In this document: piece by piece, positions 1 through 9,856 of the stretch
Layout: each line of letters starts with the position of its first letter
How positions within the stretch are numbered: position 1 is the stretch's first letter
Source: Burkholderiales bacterium
GTDB lineage: Bacteria > Pseudomonadota > Gammaproteobacteria > Burkholderiales > JAEUOS01
Assembly: GCA_947473125.1 (NCBI GenBank)
Contig: CANJDH010000007.1
Coordinates: 15,598 to 79,597 of the forward strand
Length of the DNA: 64,000 nt
Direction: 5' to 3'
The notes under the pieces: generated by a model
The model's input: only the letters and a program-made list of their open reading frames with translations
Told to the model about the DNA's origin: nothing
Databases searched by the model: none
Position numbers and translations under genes: made by a program

Positions 1-87
1 AAAGGATGCGGTTGCCCCGATGTGCCAGGCCGACCGCATTTTTATTGCCCTCGAATCCGCCTGCCGCCTCCTTCCCGGACGACACCC

Positions 88-1332
88 ATGACACGCTTCT
101 CCCCGTTTAGCCATGCCCTGGTCCTTGCTGCGGCGGCCGTACTGGCCGCCTCCAACAACCCCGAGCCGCCGCCAGCGCCGCCGCCGGTACCAGTGACCAT
201 TCTCGAGGTCATGCCGCGCCCAACCCCGATCCTGGTCGAGGCGGTCGGGCGCACCGAAGGCTCGAAAGAAGTCGAGGTGCGGGCGCGTGTCTCCGGCATC
301 CTCGACAAGGTCCTGTATGCCGAGGGCACCTCGGTACGCGCCGGCGCGCCCTTGTTCCAGATCGACCGTGCGCCCTTTGAAATCGCCCTGTCCCAGGCGC
401 GTGCCGCGCTCGCGCAGGAACGCTCGCGCAATGAACAGACCTCGCGTGAAGCCGAGCGCCTCAAGGATCTGGTGGCCAAGCGCGCCATCAGCCAGCGCGA
501 AGCCGACGATGCCGGCTCCAATTTCAAGACATCGAACGCCTCGCTGCAGGCGGCCGATGCAAAAATCCGCGAGGCCGAACTCAATCTGTCGTATACGCAC
601 GTGGCGGCGCCGATCGCCGGTGTGACGGGGCGTGCGCTGCGCTCGCAAGGCAGCCTGGTGACGGCCGGCGGCGATTCGAGCCTGCTCACCACGGTGTCGC
701 AGACCGATCCGATCTGGGTGCGCTTTGCCCTGGCCGAATCCGAGCAACAGATCCTGCGCGAAGCGGCCGGCAACGCGCCCGGTCGCGCCGGCGGCAAAGG
801 CAACGAAGTGCGCCTGGTGCTACCCGACGGCAAGGTCCATGCGGTAAGCGGGCGCCTCAATTTTGCCGGCTCCACCGTTGACACACGCCTGGGCACGGTC
901 CAGCTGCGCGCCGAGTTTCCGAATCCCGACCTTTCCATCCTGCCCGGGCAGTTCGTGCGCGCGCAGGTGGTGGCCGGCATGCAGGAAGCGATTGTCGTGC
1001 CGCAGACGGCCGTCCTGCAGGGCGACCAGGGCCGCTTCGTGTGGACCCTGGGCGCCGACAACAAGGCAGCGCCGCGCGTGGTCGACACCGGCGCCTGGAT
1101 CGGGCCGGACTGGATCATCACCAAAGGGCTCAAGGGCGGCGACAAGGTGATCCTCGACAACCTGCTCAAGCTGCGCCCGGGTACCGCCGTGCAAGTGCAG
1201 GCCGCGGGTGCCGCCCCGGGTGCAGCCCCGGGCGCGGCCAGGCCACCCGCCGACGTGAAGGGCAATGACAAGGCCCCGCCCAAGACCGGCACCCCGGCCG
1301 ACACCCCGGCCGACGCCAAGAAGCCCGGGTAA
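88..1332 (+). CDS. RND efflux periplasmic adaptor (membrane fusion protein, AcrA/MexA family)
   Basis: Motifs EVEVRARVSGIL, LNLSYTHVAAPIAG and GTVQLRAEFPNP; precedes an RND permease. Start moved to ATG at 88. Low-complexity Ala/Pro C-terminal tail. Confidence 0.95.
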   Translation: MTRFSPFSHALVLAAAAVLAASNNPEPPPAPPPVPVTILEVMPRPTPILVEAVGRTEGSKEVEVRARVSGILDKVLYAEGTSVRAGAPLFQIDRAPFEIALSQARAALAQERSRNEQTSREAERLKDLVAKRAISQREADDAGSNFKTSNASLQAADAKIREAELNLSYTHVAAPIAGVTGRALRSQGSLVTAGGDSSLLTTVSQTDPIWVRFALAESEQQILREAAGNAPGRAGGKGNEVRLVLPDGKVHAVSGRLNFAGSTVDTRLGTVQLRAEFPNPDLSILPGQFVRAQVVAGMQEAIVVPQTAVLQGDQGRFVWTLGADNKAAPRVVDTGAWIGPDWIITKGLKGGDKVILDNLLKLRPGTAVQVQAAGAAPGAAPGAARPPADVKGNDKAPPKTGTPADTPADAKKPG

Positions 1333-1338
1333 GCGCAT

Positions 1339-4300
1339 ATGTCGAAATTCTTCATCTATCGGCCGGTATTTGCCGGCGTGATCGCGATCCTGATCGTGAT
1401 CGCAGGCCTGGTGGCCTCGTTCGTCCTGCCGGTGGCGCAGTACCCGGAGATCGCACCGCCCACCGTCACCATCACCACCGCCTACCCGGGGGCCAGCGCC
1501 GAAACCCTGGCGCGCACCGTGGCCGCCCCCATCGAGGAGCAGTTGTCCGGGGTCGAGCGCCTGTCGTTCTTCAACTCGAGCTCGTCTTCCAACGGATCCG
1601 TCACCATCACGGCCACGTTCGAGCCCGGCACCAATGTCGACCAGGCGGTGTTCAACGTCAACAACCGCGTACAACTGGCCTTGCCGCGCCTGCCGGACGA
1701 CGTCCGCCGCAACGGCGTGACGGTGCAGAAGCGCTCCACCGACATCCTGCTGGTGGTATCGCTGATTTCGCCCAAGGCGAAATTCGGCACCCTGTACCTG
1801 TCGAATTACGCGTCGCTGTCGGTGGTCGACGAACTCAAGCGCGTGCCGGGCATTTCCGACGTAACGGTATTCGGCGCGCGCGACTACTCGATGCGCGTCT
1901 GGTTGCGCCCCGACCGCATGGCGATGCTGGGGGTCACGCCGAGCGACGTGGCCAGCGCGCTGCGTGCGCAAAACGCCCAGTTCGCCGCCGGCAAGATCGG
2001 TGCCGAGCCGGCGGTGCCCGGGCAAAACCTGGTTTACACGGTTACCGCCACCGGGCGCCTGATCGACCCCGAGCAGTTCGGCGACGTCGTGATTCGCGGT
2101 GACGGCCCGGGCGGCGTACTGCGGCTCAAGGACATCGCGCGCCTCGAACTGGGCGCGCAGAACTACGACACCTTCAACACCCTCGACGGCAAGCCGACCA
2201 TCGGCATTGCCACCTACCTGCAGCCCGGATCGAATGCGCTCGACGTCGCCAAATCGGTAAAGAAGCGCATGCTTGAGCTCAAGGCCAACTTCCCCGAAGA
2301 CGTCGATTACGTGGTCCCGTTCGACACCACGCGCTTTGTCGACGCCTCGATCAACGAAGTGGTGAAAACCATTTTTGAAGCCGCAATCCTGGTGATCCTG
2401 GTGGTGTACCTGTTCCTGCAGACCTGGCGCGCCACGCTGATCCCGGTGATCGCCGTGCCGGTGTCGCTGATCGGCACCTTCGCCGGGTTGTGGATCGTCG
2501 GCTTCTCGATCAACACGCTCACCCTGTTTGCCATGGTGCTGGCGATCGGCATCGTGGTCGATGACGCGATCGTGGTACTCGAAAACGTCGAGCGCCTGAT
2601 GCGCGAAGACAAGATGAAGCCTTTCGAAGCGTCGCTGCAGGCGATGCGCGAAGTGTCGGGTGCGGTGGTGGCGATCGTGTTGGTGTTGTGCGCGGTGTTC
2701 GTGCCGGTGGCTTTCCTGGGCGGCATTGCCGGCCAGCTCTACCGCCAGTTCGCCGTGACCGTCGCAATCGCGGTGGTGATCTCGGGCTTCACCGCCCTCA
2801 CGCTCACGCCGGCGCTGTGCGCGATTCTGATGAAGGCCGGCGAACACCACGAGTCGAAGTGGTTCCATCCGTTCAACGTCGGCTTCGACTGGGTCACGAA
2901 GCGCTTCCTCGGCCTGGTCGGGGCGGCGCTGCGCCATCGCTTCGTGTCGCTGCTGATCTTTATCGGCGTGGTCGCGGCCACCGTCACCATGTTCGTCCGC
3001 GTACCCGGCAGCTTCGTGCCGCCCGAAGACCAGGGCTACGTATTCGGCCTGGTGCAATTGCCCGACGGTGCGACCCTGGAGCGCACCGGCAAGCTCTCGG
3101 CCAAGATGCAGGAGCTGGTGTCGGCCAACCCCGCGGTGCAAAACGTGCTCGCCATCAACGGCTTCGACCTGATCGGCGGCGGCAACAAGACCAATGCCGC
3201 CACCATGTTCATCCCCTTGATCGAGTGGGACAAGCGCAGCGCCAACGCGCAGCAGGTGGCCGGCGACATCATTCGCAAGGGGTCGGGATTCCGCGAGGGC
3301 CTGGCGCTGGCGTTCCCGCCGCCGGCGATTCGCGGCCTGGGCACGGCAGGCGGCCTCGAGGTCTACCTGCAGGCACGTACCAACGCCGATCCGAAAGCGC
3401 TGTTCACCGTGCTGCAGGATTTCCTGACGGCACTGCGCGCCCATCCGCAACTGACCGGCGTGAATTCGTTTTTTCGTCCGACCGTGCCGCAGCTGCGGGT
3501 CGAGGTCGATCGTGAAAAGGCGCTTGCCCTGGGTGTGCCGATCACCGACGTATTCGATGCCCTGCAAAGCACCATGGGGGCGTTGTACGTCAACGATTTC
3601 AACAAGTTCGGCCGCACCTATCGCGTCCAGCTCCAGGCCGATGCACCGTATCGCGCGCGGCCCGAAGACCTCGGCAACGTGTTTGTACGTTCCACCGCGT
3701 CGGCCGAAATGATTCCCCTCAAGGCGCTGCTGCGGGTGTCGAACGTGGTCGGGCCCGAGCAGCTGGAGCGCTTCAACGGCTTCCTCGCCGCCAAGGCGCT
3801 CGCCTCGGGCAAGCCTGGGGTCTCCTCGGGCGAAGCGATTCGCGCCGTCGAAGAAGTGGCTGCCAGAACCCTGCCCGAAGGCTATCAGGTGGCCTGGACC
3901 GGCCAGGCGTTTCAGGAAAAACGCACCGGCAACGCCTCGGCCCTCGCGTTTGGGCTGGCGCTGGTGATGGTGTTCCTGATCCTCGCGGCCCTGTATGAGC
4001 GCTGGAAGCTGCCCTGGGCAGTTTTGCTGTCGGTGCCGTTTGCGGTCGGCGGCGCCCTTACTTTCGTGATGCTGCGCGGCATGGAAAACGACATTTACTT
4101 CCAGATCGGGCTGGTGGTGTTGATCGGCCTTGCGGCCAAAAATGCCATCCTGATCGTCGAGTTCGCCCAGCAGGGCTTTCTTGAAGGCATGACGCCGATT
4201 GACGCCGCCATGAAGGCTGCGCGCCTGCGCTTCCGGCCGATCGTGATGACCTCGCTGGCGTTCGTGCTCGGGGTCGCGCCGCTGGTGATTTCGACCGGCG

Positions 4301-4506
4301 CCGGCGCGGCGGCACGGCGCTCGATGGGTACCGGCGTGTTCGGCGGCATGCTCGCTGCCACCTTCATCGCGACGATCTTTGTGCCGCTGTTTTTCACCCT
4401 CACGGCCACGCGCCGCAAGCCGCGCGACATCGAAGAGCATGCCAGCCCGGCCACGCCGGCCGCGACGCCTGCGGCAACGCCTGCCCCATCCGGAGAGGCT
4501 CCATGA
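1339..4506 (+). CDS. RND efflux permease (HAE1, AcrB/MexB family)
   Basis: 1055 aa; N-terminal SKFFIYRPVFA; proton-relay motifs IVVDDAIVVLEN, GLAAKNAILIVEF and RFRPIVMTS intact. Confidence 0.97.
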   Translation: MSKFFIYRPVFAGVIAILIVIAGLVASFVLPVAQYPEIAPPTVTITTAYPGASAETLARTVAAPIEEQLSGVERLSFFNSSSSSNGSVTITATFEPGTNVDQAVFNVNNRVQLALPRLPDDVRRNGVTVQKRSTDILLVVSLISPKAKFGTLYLSNYASLSVVDELKRVPGISDVTVFGARDYSMRVWLRPDRMAMLGVTPSDVASALRAQNAQFAAGKIGAEPAVPGQNLVYTVTATGRLIDPEQFGDVVIRGDGPGGVLRLKDIARLELGAQNYDTFNTLDGKPTIGIATYLQPGSNALDVAKSVKKRMLELKANFPEDVDYVVPFDTTRFVDASINEVVKTIFEAAILVILVVYLFLQTWRATLIPVIAVPVSLIGTFAGLWIVGFSINTLTLFAMVLAIGIVVDDAIVVLENVERLMREDKMKPFEASLQAMREVSGAVVAIVLVLCAVFVPVAFLGGIAGQLYRQFAVTVAIAVVISGFTALTLTPALCAILMKAGEHHESKWFHPFNVGFDWVTKRFLGLVGAALRHRFVSLLIFIGVVAATVTMFVRVPGSFVPPEDQGYVFGLVQLPDGATLERTGKLSAKMQELVSANPAVQNVLAINGFDLIGGGNKTNAATMFIPLIEWDKRSANAQQVAGDIIRKGSGFREGLALAFPPPAIRGLGTAGGLEVYLQARTNADPKALFTVLQDFLTALRAHPQLTGVNSFFRPTVPQLRVEVDREKALALGVPITDVFDALQSTMGALYVNDFNKFGRTYRVQLQADAPYRARPEDLGNVFVRSTASAEMIPLKALLRVSNVVGPEQLERFNGFLAAKALASGKPGVSSGEAIRAVEEVAARTLPEGYQVAWTGQAFQEKRTGNASALAFGLALVMVFLILAALYERWKLPWAVLLSVPFAVGGALTFVMLRGMENDIYFQIGLVVLIGLAAKNAILIVEFAQQGFLEGMTPIDAAMKAARLRFRPIVMTSLAFVLGVAPLVISTGAGAAARRSMGTGVFGGMLAATFIATIFVPLFFTLTATRRKPRDIEEHASPATPAATPAATPAPSGEAP

Positions 4507-5954
4507 CTACCCGCCCGACCTTGACCAGACCGACAATGCGTCTGATCACCCTGCTTGCGCCACTGCTGACTCCCTGGCTGGCCGCCCTGCTAAGCGCCGG
4601 CTGCGCCCCGCTGGGGCCCGACTATCAGCGCCCGACGCTCGACCTGCCGGCGGATTACCCTGACAACAGCGCCGCCGTCACGGCGGCACAATTGCGCGCC
4701 GACTGGTGGGCCCTGTATCAGGATGCCACGCTCACCACCCTGGTCGGCGCCGCGCAGAGCCGCAACGCCGACATGCGCCTGGCGAGCGCGCAACTTGACG
4801 AAGCCGAAGCGGCGCTGCGCGAAGTCGATGCCAACTTTTTTCCGCAGGTCGACGGCAACTTCGCCAACAGCCGATCGCAGGTGAGCCGCCTGACGGCCCT
4901 GCCCAACGTGCAACCGCTGATTCGCCCCGAGCGGCGCCTGGCGGCGTCGACGTCATTTGAAATCGACTTCTGGGGCCGCCTGCGGCGCACCACCGAAGCT
5001 GCGCGCGCGCAGGCGCTGTCGAGCCGCTACGCGCGCGATGTCGTGGCCCTGACCCTGGCCGGCACCACGGCGCAGGTGTATTTCGCGCTGCGCTCGACCG
5101 ATGCGCAACTGGCGGTGTCACGCACCACCTACAAGGCGCGCGAAGAGTCCTTGCAGCTGACGCGCGCACGCGTGGGCGGCGGCATTGCCTCGCCGCTCGA
5201 AACCGCCCAGGCCCAGGGCGCCCTCGCAGACGTATCGATTCAGGTCAAGGAGCTCGAACGCCAGCGCCGGCTGCTGGAACACCAGTTGGGTCAGCTGACC
5301 GGCCAGCTCAGCCTCAAGCTCGCGCCCGGCAGCCTCGACACGCTGCCGGTGCCGCCGGTGCCGCCGGCCGGGCTGCCCTCGGCGCTGCTCGAGCGTCGCC
5401 CCGACGTGCAGGTGGCCGAACAAAACCTGGTGGCGAACAATGCGCGCATCGGCGTGGCCAAGGCGGCGATGTTTCCGTCCATCTCGCTCACCGGCAGCCT
5501 CGGCAGCCAGAGCGGTGCGTTCTCCAACCTGCTGCTCGCTGGGTCGAGCATCTGGACGCTCGGCTTCGGGCTGGCACTGCCGATCTTTGATGCCGGGCGC
5601 CTGGCGGCACGCGCCGAGCAGGCCGAGGCACGCCAGCGCCAGTCGCTGGCCGGTTACCAGAAAGCCGTCGAGAACGCGTTTCGCGAAACCGCCGATGCTC
5701 TGAGCAACCTCGACCTGACCACGGCCACCGAAACCGACCTGCAGGTGCGCGTCGCCGCAGCGCGCGATGCTCTGGACATTGCGCGCACGCGCTTTGGCGC
5801 CGGTTACTCGGGCTTTCTCGAAGTGCTCGACGCGCAGCGCAGCACCAACGATGCCGAGCTCGCGCTGGTGCGCAACCGCCAGGCGCGCCTCGCCTACAGC
5901 GTCGATTTGATGAAGGCCCTGGGCGGCGGGTGGGTGCCGCAGGCAAAGCCATGA
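4503..5954 (+). CDS. Outer membrane efflux factor lipoprotein (NodT/OprM family)
   Basis: Lipobox LSAGC then PDYQRP; WWxxYxDxxL, FEIDFWGRLRR, LLERRPDV, KALGGGW. ATGA overlap with the permease; true start may be ATG 4536. Confidence 0.95.
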   Translation: MTTRPTLTRPTMRLITLLAPLLTPWLAALLSAGCAPLGPDYQRPTLDLPADYPDNSAAVTAAQLRADWWALYQDATLTTLVGAAQSRNADMRLASAQLDEAEAALREVDANFFPQVDGNFANSRSQVSRLTALPNVQPLIRPERRLAASTSFEIDFWGRLRRTTEAARAQALSSRYARDVVALTLAGTTAQVYFALRSTDAQLAVSRTTYKAREESLQLTRARVGGGIASPLETAQAQGALADVSIQVKELERQRRLLEHQLGQLTGQLSLKLAPGSLDTLPVPPVPPAGLPSALLERRPDVQVAEQNLVANNARIGVAKAAMFPSISLTGSLGSQSGAFSNLLLAGSSIWTLGFGLALPIFDAGRLAARAEQAEARQRQSLAGYQKAVENAFRETADALSNLDLTTATETDLQVRVAAARDALDIARTRFGAGYSGFLEVLDAQRSTNDAELALVRNRQARLAYSVDLMKALGGGWVPQAKP

Positions 5955-6616
5955 GCGCCGCGGCCCCGCGGCCGGCGAAAGCCGCCAACCAGCGCAGCCA
6001 GCAACGCGACGAACGGCGCCAGAAAATCATCGCGGCCGCCGAAAGCCTGTTCCTGGCGCACGGTTACGCCGGTGCCAGCGTGAACCAGATCATGCGTGTC
6101 GCCGGCGGCTCGCTTGCGACCCTTTATGCCGAATTCGGCACCAAGGAAAAATTGTTTGAAGCGGTGATGACGCGCCGCGTGCGCGCCGCCTTTGACGGCG
6201 CCCAGCAGACCATGCAGGGCGCGCCGAGCGTGAGCGCCGAGTTGCAAGCCCTGGCGGCGCGCATCCAGGAGCGCACGCTGTCCGTCGATGGCCTGGCCAT
6301 CTACCGGCTCGCCGTGTCCGAGGGACCGCGCTTCGCCGATCTGCGCAAGGCCGTGCTGACCTCGGGCATGCGGGGCTTCCTGACGCGTCTGGCCGACTAC
6401 TTCGGCCAGCTCGCAGCGGCGGGCCGCATGCGTATCGACCAACCGCAGCTGGCAGCGGAGCGCTTTCTGGCGCTGGTCCAGGGGCAACGCCAATTCATCG
6501 CCGGCTGCGGCGACGTCAAGCGCTACACCGCCCGGCTGCGCGCGCAGCATGTCGCCGAGGCGGTGGAGGCGTTTATGTGCATTTACCCGGCAGGGCGCCG
6601 TACCGCACGCCGCTAG
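5951..6616 (+). CDS. TetR/AcrR family transcriptional regulator
   Basis: HTH IIAAAESLFLAHGYAGASVNQIMRVAGGSLATLYAEFGTKEKLF; ATG at 5951 overlaps the OMF stop. Confidence 0.92.
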   Translation: MSAAAPRPAKAANQRSQQRDERRQKIIAAAESLFLAHGYAGASVNQIMRVAGGSLATLYAEFGTKEKLFEAVMTRRVRAAFDGAQQTMQGAPSVSAELQALAARIQERTLSVDGLAIYRLAVSEGPRFADLRKAVLTSGMRGFLTRLADYFGQLAAAGRMRIDQPQLAAERFLALVQGQRQFIAGCGDVKRYTARLRAQHVAEAVEAFMCIYPAGRRTARR

Positions 6617-6640
6617 GGCGGCAGCCGCGGTGGCGCCATC

Positions 6641-7615
6641 TCAATCGAGCTTGGCGCCCGACTCCTTGACGATCCTGGCCCACTTGGGCAGCTCGTCCTT
6701 CACCATGTTGCCGAACTGCACCGGCGTGCCCTTGAGGATTTCGCAGCCTTGTGCGGCCAGCTTGTCCTGCACGTCCCTGGTGTCGAGCGCCTTGTCGACG
6801 GCGGCATGCAGGGTCGCAATCACGTCTTTGGGCGTGCCGGCCGGCGCGAAAATGCCGTACCAGGGGGTCGAGCCAAAACCCTTGATGGTCTCGCCAATGG
6901 TCGGCGTGTTGGGCATGTTGGCGAGGCGCTTCTCGTTGACCACGCCGAGCACCTTGAGGCGCCCGGCGTTGATGAAGGCCAGCGACGACGGCACACTTTG
7001 CACCGATATCGGCACCTGACCCGAGACCACGTCGGTCGCTGCGGCAGCCGCGCCCTTGTAGGGCACGTGCACGAGTTCGATGCCGGCGGCCTTTTGCAGC
7101 ATTTCGCCGATCAGGTGATTGAGGGTGCCGTTGCCGGCAGAAGCGATCGTGATCGCACCCGGCTTGGCCTTGGCCGCTTCGATCAGCTCTGCAATGTTCT
7201 TGGCCGGGAACGCCGGATTTGCCACCAGCACGTAACCGGCGGTGGCCACCGGGCTGACCGGTTCGAAATCCTTGACCGGATCAAAGCCGGTGCTCTTGTA
7301 CAACCAGGGGTTGATCACCTGCACGCTGTTGGTGGTGAGCATCAGCGTGTAGCCATCGGGCTTGGCCCGCGCCGCGGCAACGGTGCCAATATTGCCGCCG
7401 GCACCGGCGCGGTTTTCAATATTGAATTGCTGCCCGAGCAGTTCGCCGACCTTTTGCGCAACGATGCGTGCGATGGCGTCGTTGGCGCCGCCCGGCGCCT
7501 GCGGCACGATCACCGTCACCGGGCGCGACGGATATTTTTCCTGGGCGAATGAGACAGGCGCAACGGCAGCAAGGCTGGCACCGGCGATCAGTTTGCGGCG
7601 GATATGGTTGGTCAT
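6641..7615 (-). CDS. Tripartite tricarboxylate transporter substrate-binding protein (Bug/TctC family)
   Basis: YPSRPVTVIVPQAPGGANDAIAR, ENRAGAGGNIG, HVPYKG; RRKL signal peptide. Confidence 0.95.
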   Translation of the reverse strand: MTNHIRRKLIAGASLAAVAPVSFAQEKYPSRPVTVIVPQAPGGANDAIARIVAQKVGELLGQQFNIENRAGAGGNIGTVAAARAKPDGYTLMLTTNSVQVINPWLYKSTGFDPVKDFEPVSPVATAGYVLVANPAFPAKNIAELIEAAKAKPGAITIASAGNGTLNHLIGEMLQKAAGIELVHVPYKGAAAAATDVVSGQVPISVQSVPSSLAFINAGRLKVLGVVNEKRLANMPNTPTIGETIKGFGSTPWYGIFAPAGTPKDVIATLHAAVDKALDTRDVQDKLAAQGCEILKGTPVQFGNMVKDELPKWARIVKESGAKLD

Positions 7616-7647
7616 GTTCTTGTCTCCTTGAAATCATTCACGCGGGC

Positions 7648-9789
7648 TCAGCCCATCAGTTCGTTCCTGGCCGCCTTGTCGCGCAGCAGTTGCGGCACGG
7701 CGAAGCGCTCGCCATATTTGGCGGCCAGCGCGTCGGCGTTCTTCACAAACGCGGCCGCGCCTTCATTGTTGATGTACTGCAGCGCGCCGCCGGTCCAGGC
7801 CGGAAAGCCGATGCCGAAGATCGAGCCGATATTGGCGTCGTGGAATGTCGTCAGCACACCTTCGGCGAGGCAACGCGCGGTCTCGATGGATTGGCGGTAC
7901 AGGAAGCGGCGCTTGAGTTCGGCGACGTCGTAGGCAACATCAGGCTTCTCGAACTGCTTGAGGCCCGCCCACAGATGCTTTTTCGCATCCTTGGGATACT
8001 CGTAAAAGCCGCCACCGGCCGCACGGCCGGGGCGCTTGAGGTCGCGGACCATCTTGTAGAACATCGATTCGCCGGGTTGCGCGGTATAGGGTTTGCCTTC
8101 TGCTTCGAGGTCTGCGCGCGCCTGGTCCATTACGCTGACGGAGAGGCTCATCGAGGTCTCATCAATCACCGCAAGCGGCCCGACCGGCATGCCGCACTGG
8201 CGCGCGGCGTTTTCGATCACCGCTGCGGGAATGCCCTCTTCAAGCATGCACATGCCTTCGCGCACGAAGGTGCCAAAGGTGCGGCTGGTGTAGAAGCCGC
8301 GCGAATCATTGACCACGATCGGCGTCTTGCCGATCTGCAGCACGTAGTCGTAGGCCTTTGCCAGGGTATCGGCATCGGTCTTCTCGCCCTTGATGATCTC
8401 GACCAGCGCCATCTTGTCGACCGGCGAGAAGAAATGCAGTCCGATGAATTTTTCCGGATGGGCCGACGCCTTGGCAAGGCCCGAGATCGGCAGCGTCGAG
8501 GTGTTGGAAGCGTAGATGCCGCCGGCTTTCAGCAGCGGCTCGCTCTCCTTGGTTACCGCGGCCTTGAGGTCGCGTTTTTCGAACACGGCTTCGATGATCA
8601 GGTCGCAATCCTTGATCTCCATCATGTTCGCCGTCGGCGTGATCAGGTTCAGGGTCAGCGCCGCACGCGTCGGGTCCATGCGCCCCTGCTTGATGCGTTT
8701 TTCCAGCAACGCGGCGCTGTAGGCCTTGCCCTTGTCGGCAGCCTCCTGCGAAACGTCCTTGAGCACGCAAGGCACACCGCGATTCGCGTTGGCCCAGGCA
8801 ATGCCGGAGCCCATCATGCCGGCGCCGAGGATGCCGACCTTGGTGGCCTTCCATTTCGGAATTTCTTTCGGCCCGCGGGATGCACCGGACTTGATCGCGT
8901 TCTGGTTGAAAAACAGCGTGATCAGGTTCTTCGCTACCTGGCTCACCATCAACTCGGCCAGATAGCGGCTTTCGATGCGCAAGGCGGTGTCCATGTCGAC
9001 CTGCGCGCCCTCGACGATGCAGGCCATGATGGCCTCGGGCGCCGGCAGCAGGCCGCGGGTTTTCTCGATGGTGATCGCCGGGGCAATGGCGAGCATTTGC
9101 GCGATTTTCGGGTTGGACGGCCCGCCACCAGGCATGCGGTATTTAGGGTCGTCATAGGGCTGCACCGGCGCCGGGTTGGCGGCGATCCAGGTGCGCGCCT
9201 TGGCGAACATCTCTTCCGGCGTGGCCGCGATCTCGTCGATCAGCCCGGCGTCGAGTGCCGTGGCGGGCGAAAAGGTCTTGCCTTCCATCAGGATCGGAAA
9301 CGCCGCTTCAAGGCCGAGCAGGCGCACCAGCTTGGTCAGGCCCGAGGCGCCGGGCAACAGGCCCAACGTGACCTCGGGCAGGCCCAGCAGGGTCTTGGGG
9401 TTGTCGAGCGCAATGCGATGATGCGCAGCCAGCGTGATCTCGAAGCCGCCGCCGAGGGCCGCGCCGTTGATGCACGCGACCACCGGTTTGCCGAGCTTGT
9501 CGAGGGCGCGCAACTGGCTCTTGACGCGCTCGACGAACTCAAAACAATGCGGCGCATCGGACGCCTGGTACTCGAGCACGCCCTTCAACTCGGCGCCGGC
9601 AAAAAAGGTGCTCTTGGCCGACGCCAGGATTACACCCTTGATGCTGTCGTTTTGCGCCACCACCTGCGCCACCGCTTCGCCGAATTCGCGCCGCCAGGTG
9701 TCGGACATGGTGTTGACCGGCGCGCCGGGCGCATCAAAGGTTATGGTCAGGATGCCTTCGGCATCCTTCTCGAGTCGAATCGTCTCCAT
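7648..9789 (-). CDS. Multifunctional enoyl-CoA hydratase / 3-hydroxyacyl-CoA dehydrogenase (FadB/FadJ-like)
   Basis: Crotonase motifs (GAALGGGFE, GLPEVTLGLLPG) followed by GILGAGMMGSG, IEAVFE, ASNTSTL and GLHFFSP. Start moved to ATG 9789 (METIRLEKD). Confidence 0.95.
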   Translation of the reverse strand: METIRLEKDAEGILTITFDAPGAPVNTMSDTWRREFGEAVAQVVAQNDSIKGVILASAKSTFFAGAELKGVLEYQASDAPHCFEFVERVKSQLRALDKLGKPVVACINGAALGGGFEITLAAHHRIALDNPKTLLGLPEVTLGLLPGASGLTKLVRLLGLEAAFPILMEGKTFSPATALDAGLIDEIAATPEEMFAKARTWIAANPAPVQPYDDPKYRMPGGGPSNPKIAQMLAIAPAITIEKTRGLLPAPEAIMACIVEGAQVDMDTALRIESRYLAELMVSQVAKNLITLFFNQNAIKSGASRGPKEIPKWKATKVGILGAGMMGSGIAWANANRGVPCVLKDVSQEAADKGKAYSAALLEKRIKQGRMDPTRAALTLNLITPTANMMEIKDCDLIIEAVFEKRDLKAAVTKESEPLLKAGGIYASNTSTLPISGLAKASAHPEKFIGLHFFSPVDKMALVEIIKGEKTDADTLAKAYDYVLQIGKTPIVVNDSRGFYTSRTFGTFVREGMCMLEEGIPAAVIENAARQCGMPVGPLAVIDETSMSLSVSVMDQARADLEAEGKPYTAQPGESMFYKMVRDLKRPGRAAGGGFYEYPKDAKKHLWAGLKQFEKPDVAYDVAELKRRFLYRQSIETARCLAEGVLTTFHDANIGSIFGIGFPAWTGGALQYINNEGAAAFVKNADALAAKYGERFAVPQLLRDKAARNELMG

Positions 9790-9803
9790 TATTTTCCCTG
9801 TAT

Positions 9804-9833
9804 GAAAAGAAACGCCGCTCGTTCCAAGCGGCG
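9804..9833 (-). terminator. Intrinsic terminator-like hairpin between desaturase and FadB-like gene
   Basis: Minus strand: CGCCGCT-7nt-AGCGGCG followed by TTTCTTTTC. Confidence 0.45.
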
Positions 9834-9856
9834 CTGCGGTATCGAGTGCAAAGAGT

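Noticed and set aside
1200-1320. Short repeats at the ends of the adaptor (AAPG x2, TPAD x2) and permease (ATPA-type)
   Set aside because: Ordinary low-complexity C-terminal tails with no evidence of further function.
820-4440. 1206-aa antisense ORF over the RND genes, and similar long antisense ORFs over argS (34595-36331), TBDR (39314-41143), groEL (53200-54567) and dctM (18711-20279)
   Set aside because: Shadow frames expected from GC-rich codon bias opposite well-supported genes; no recognisable motifs.
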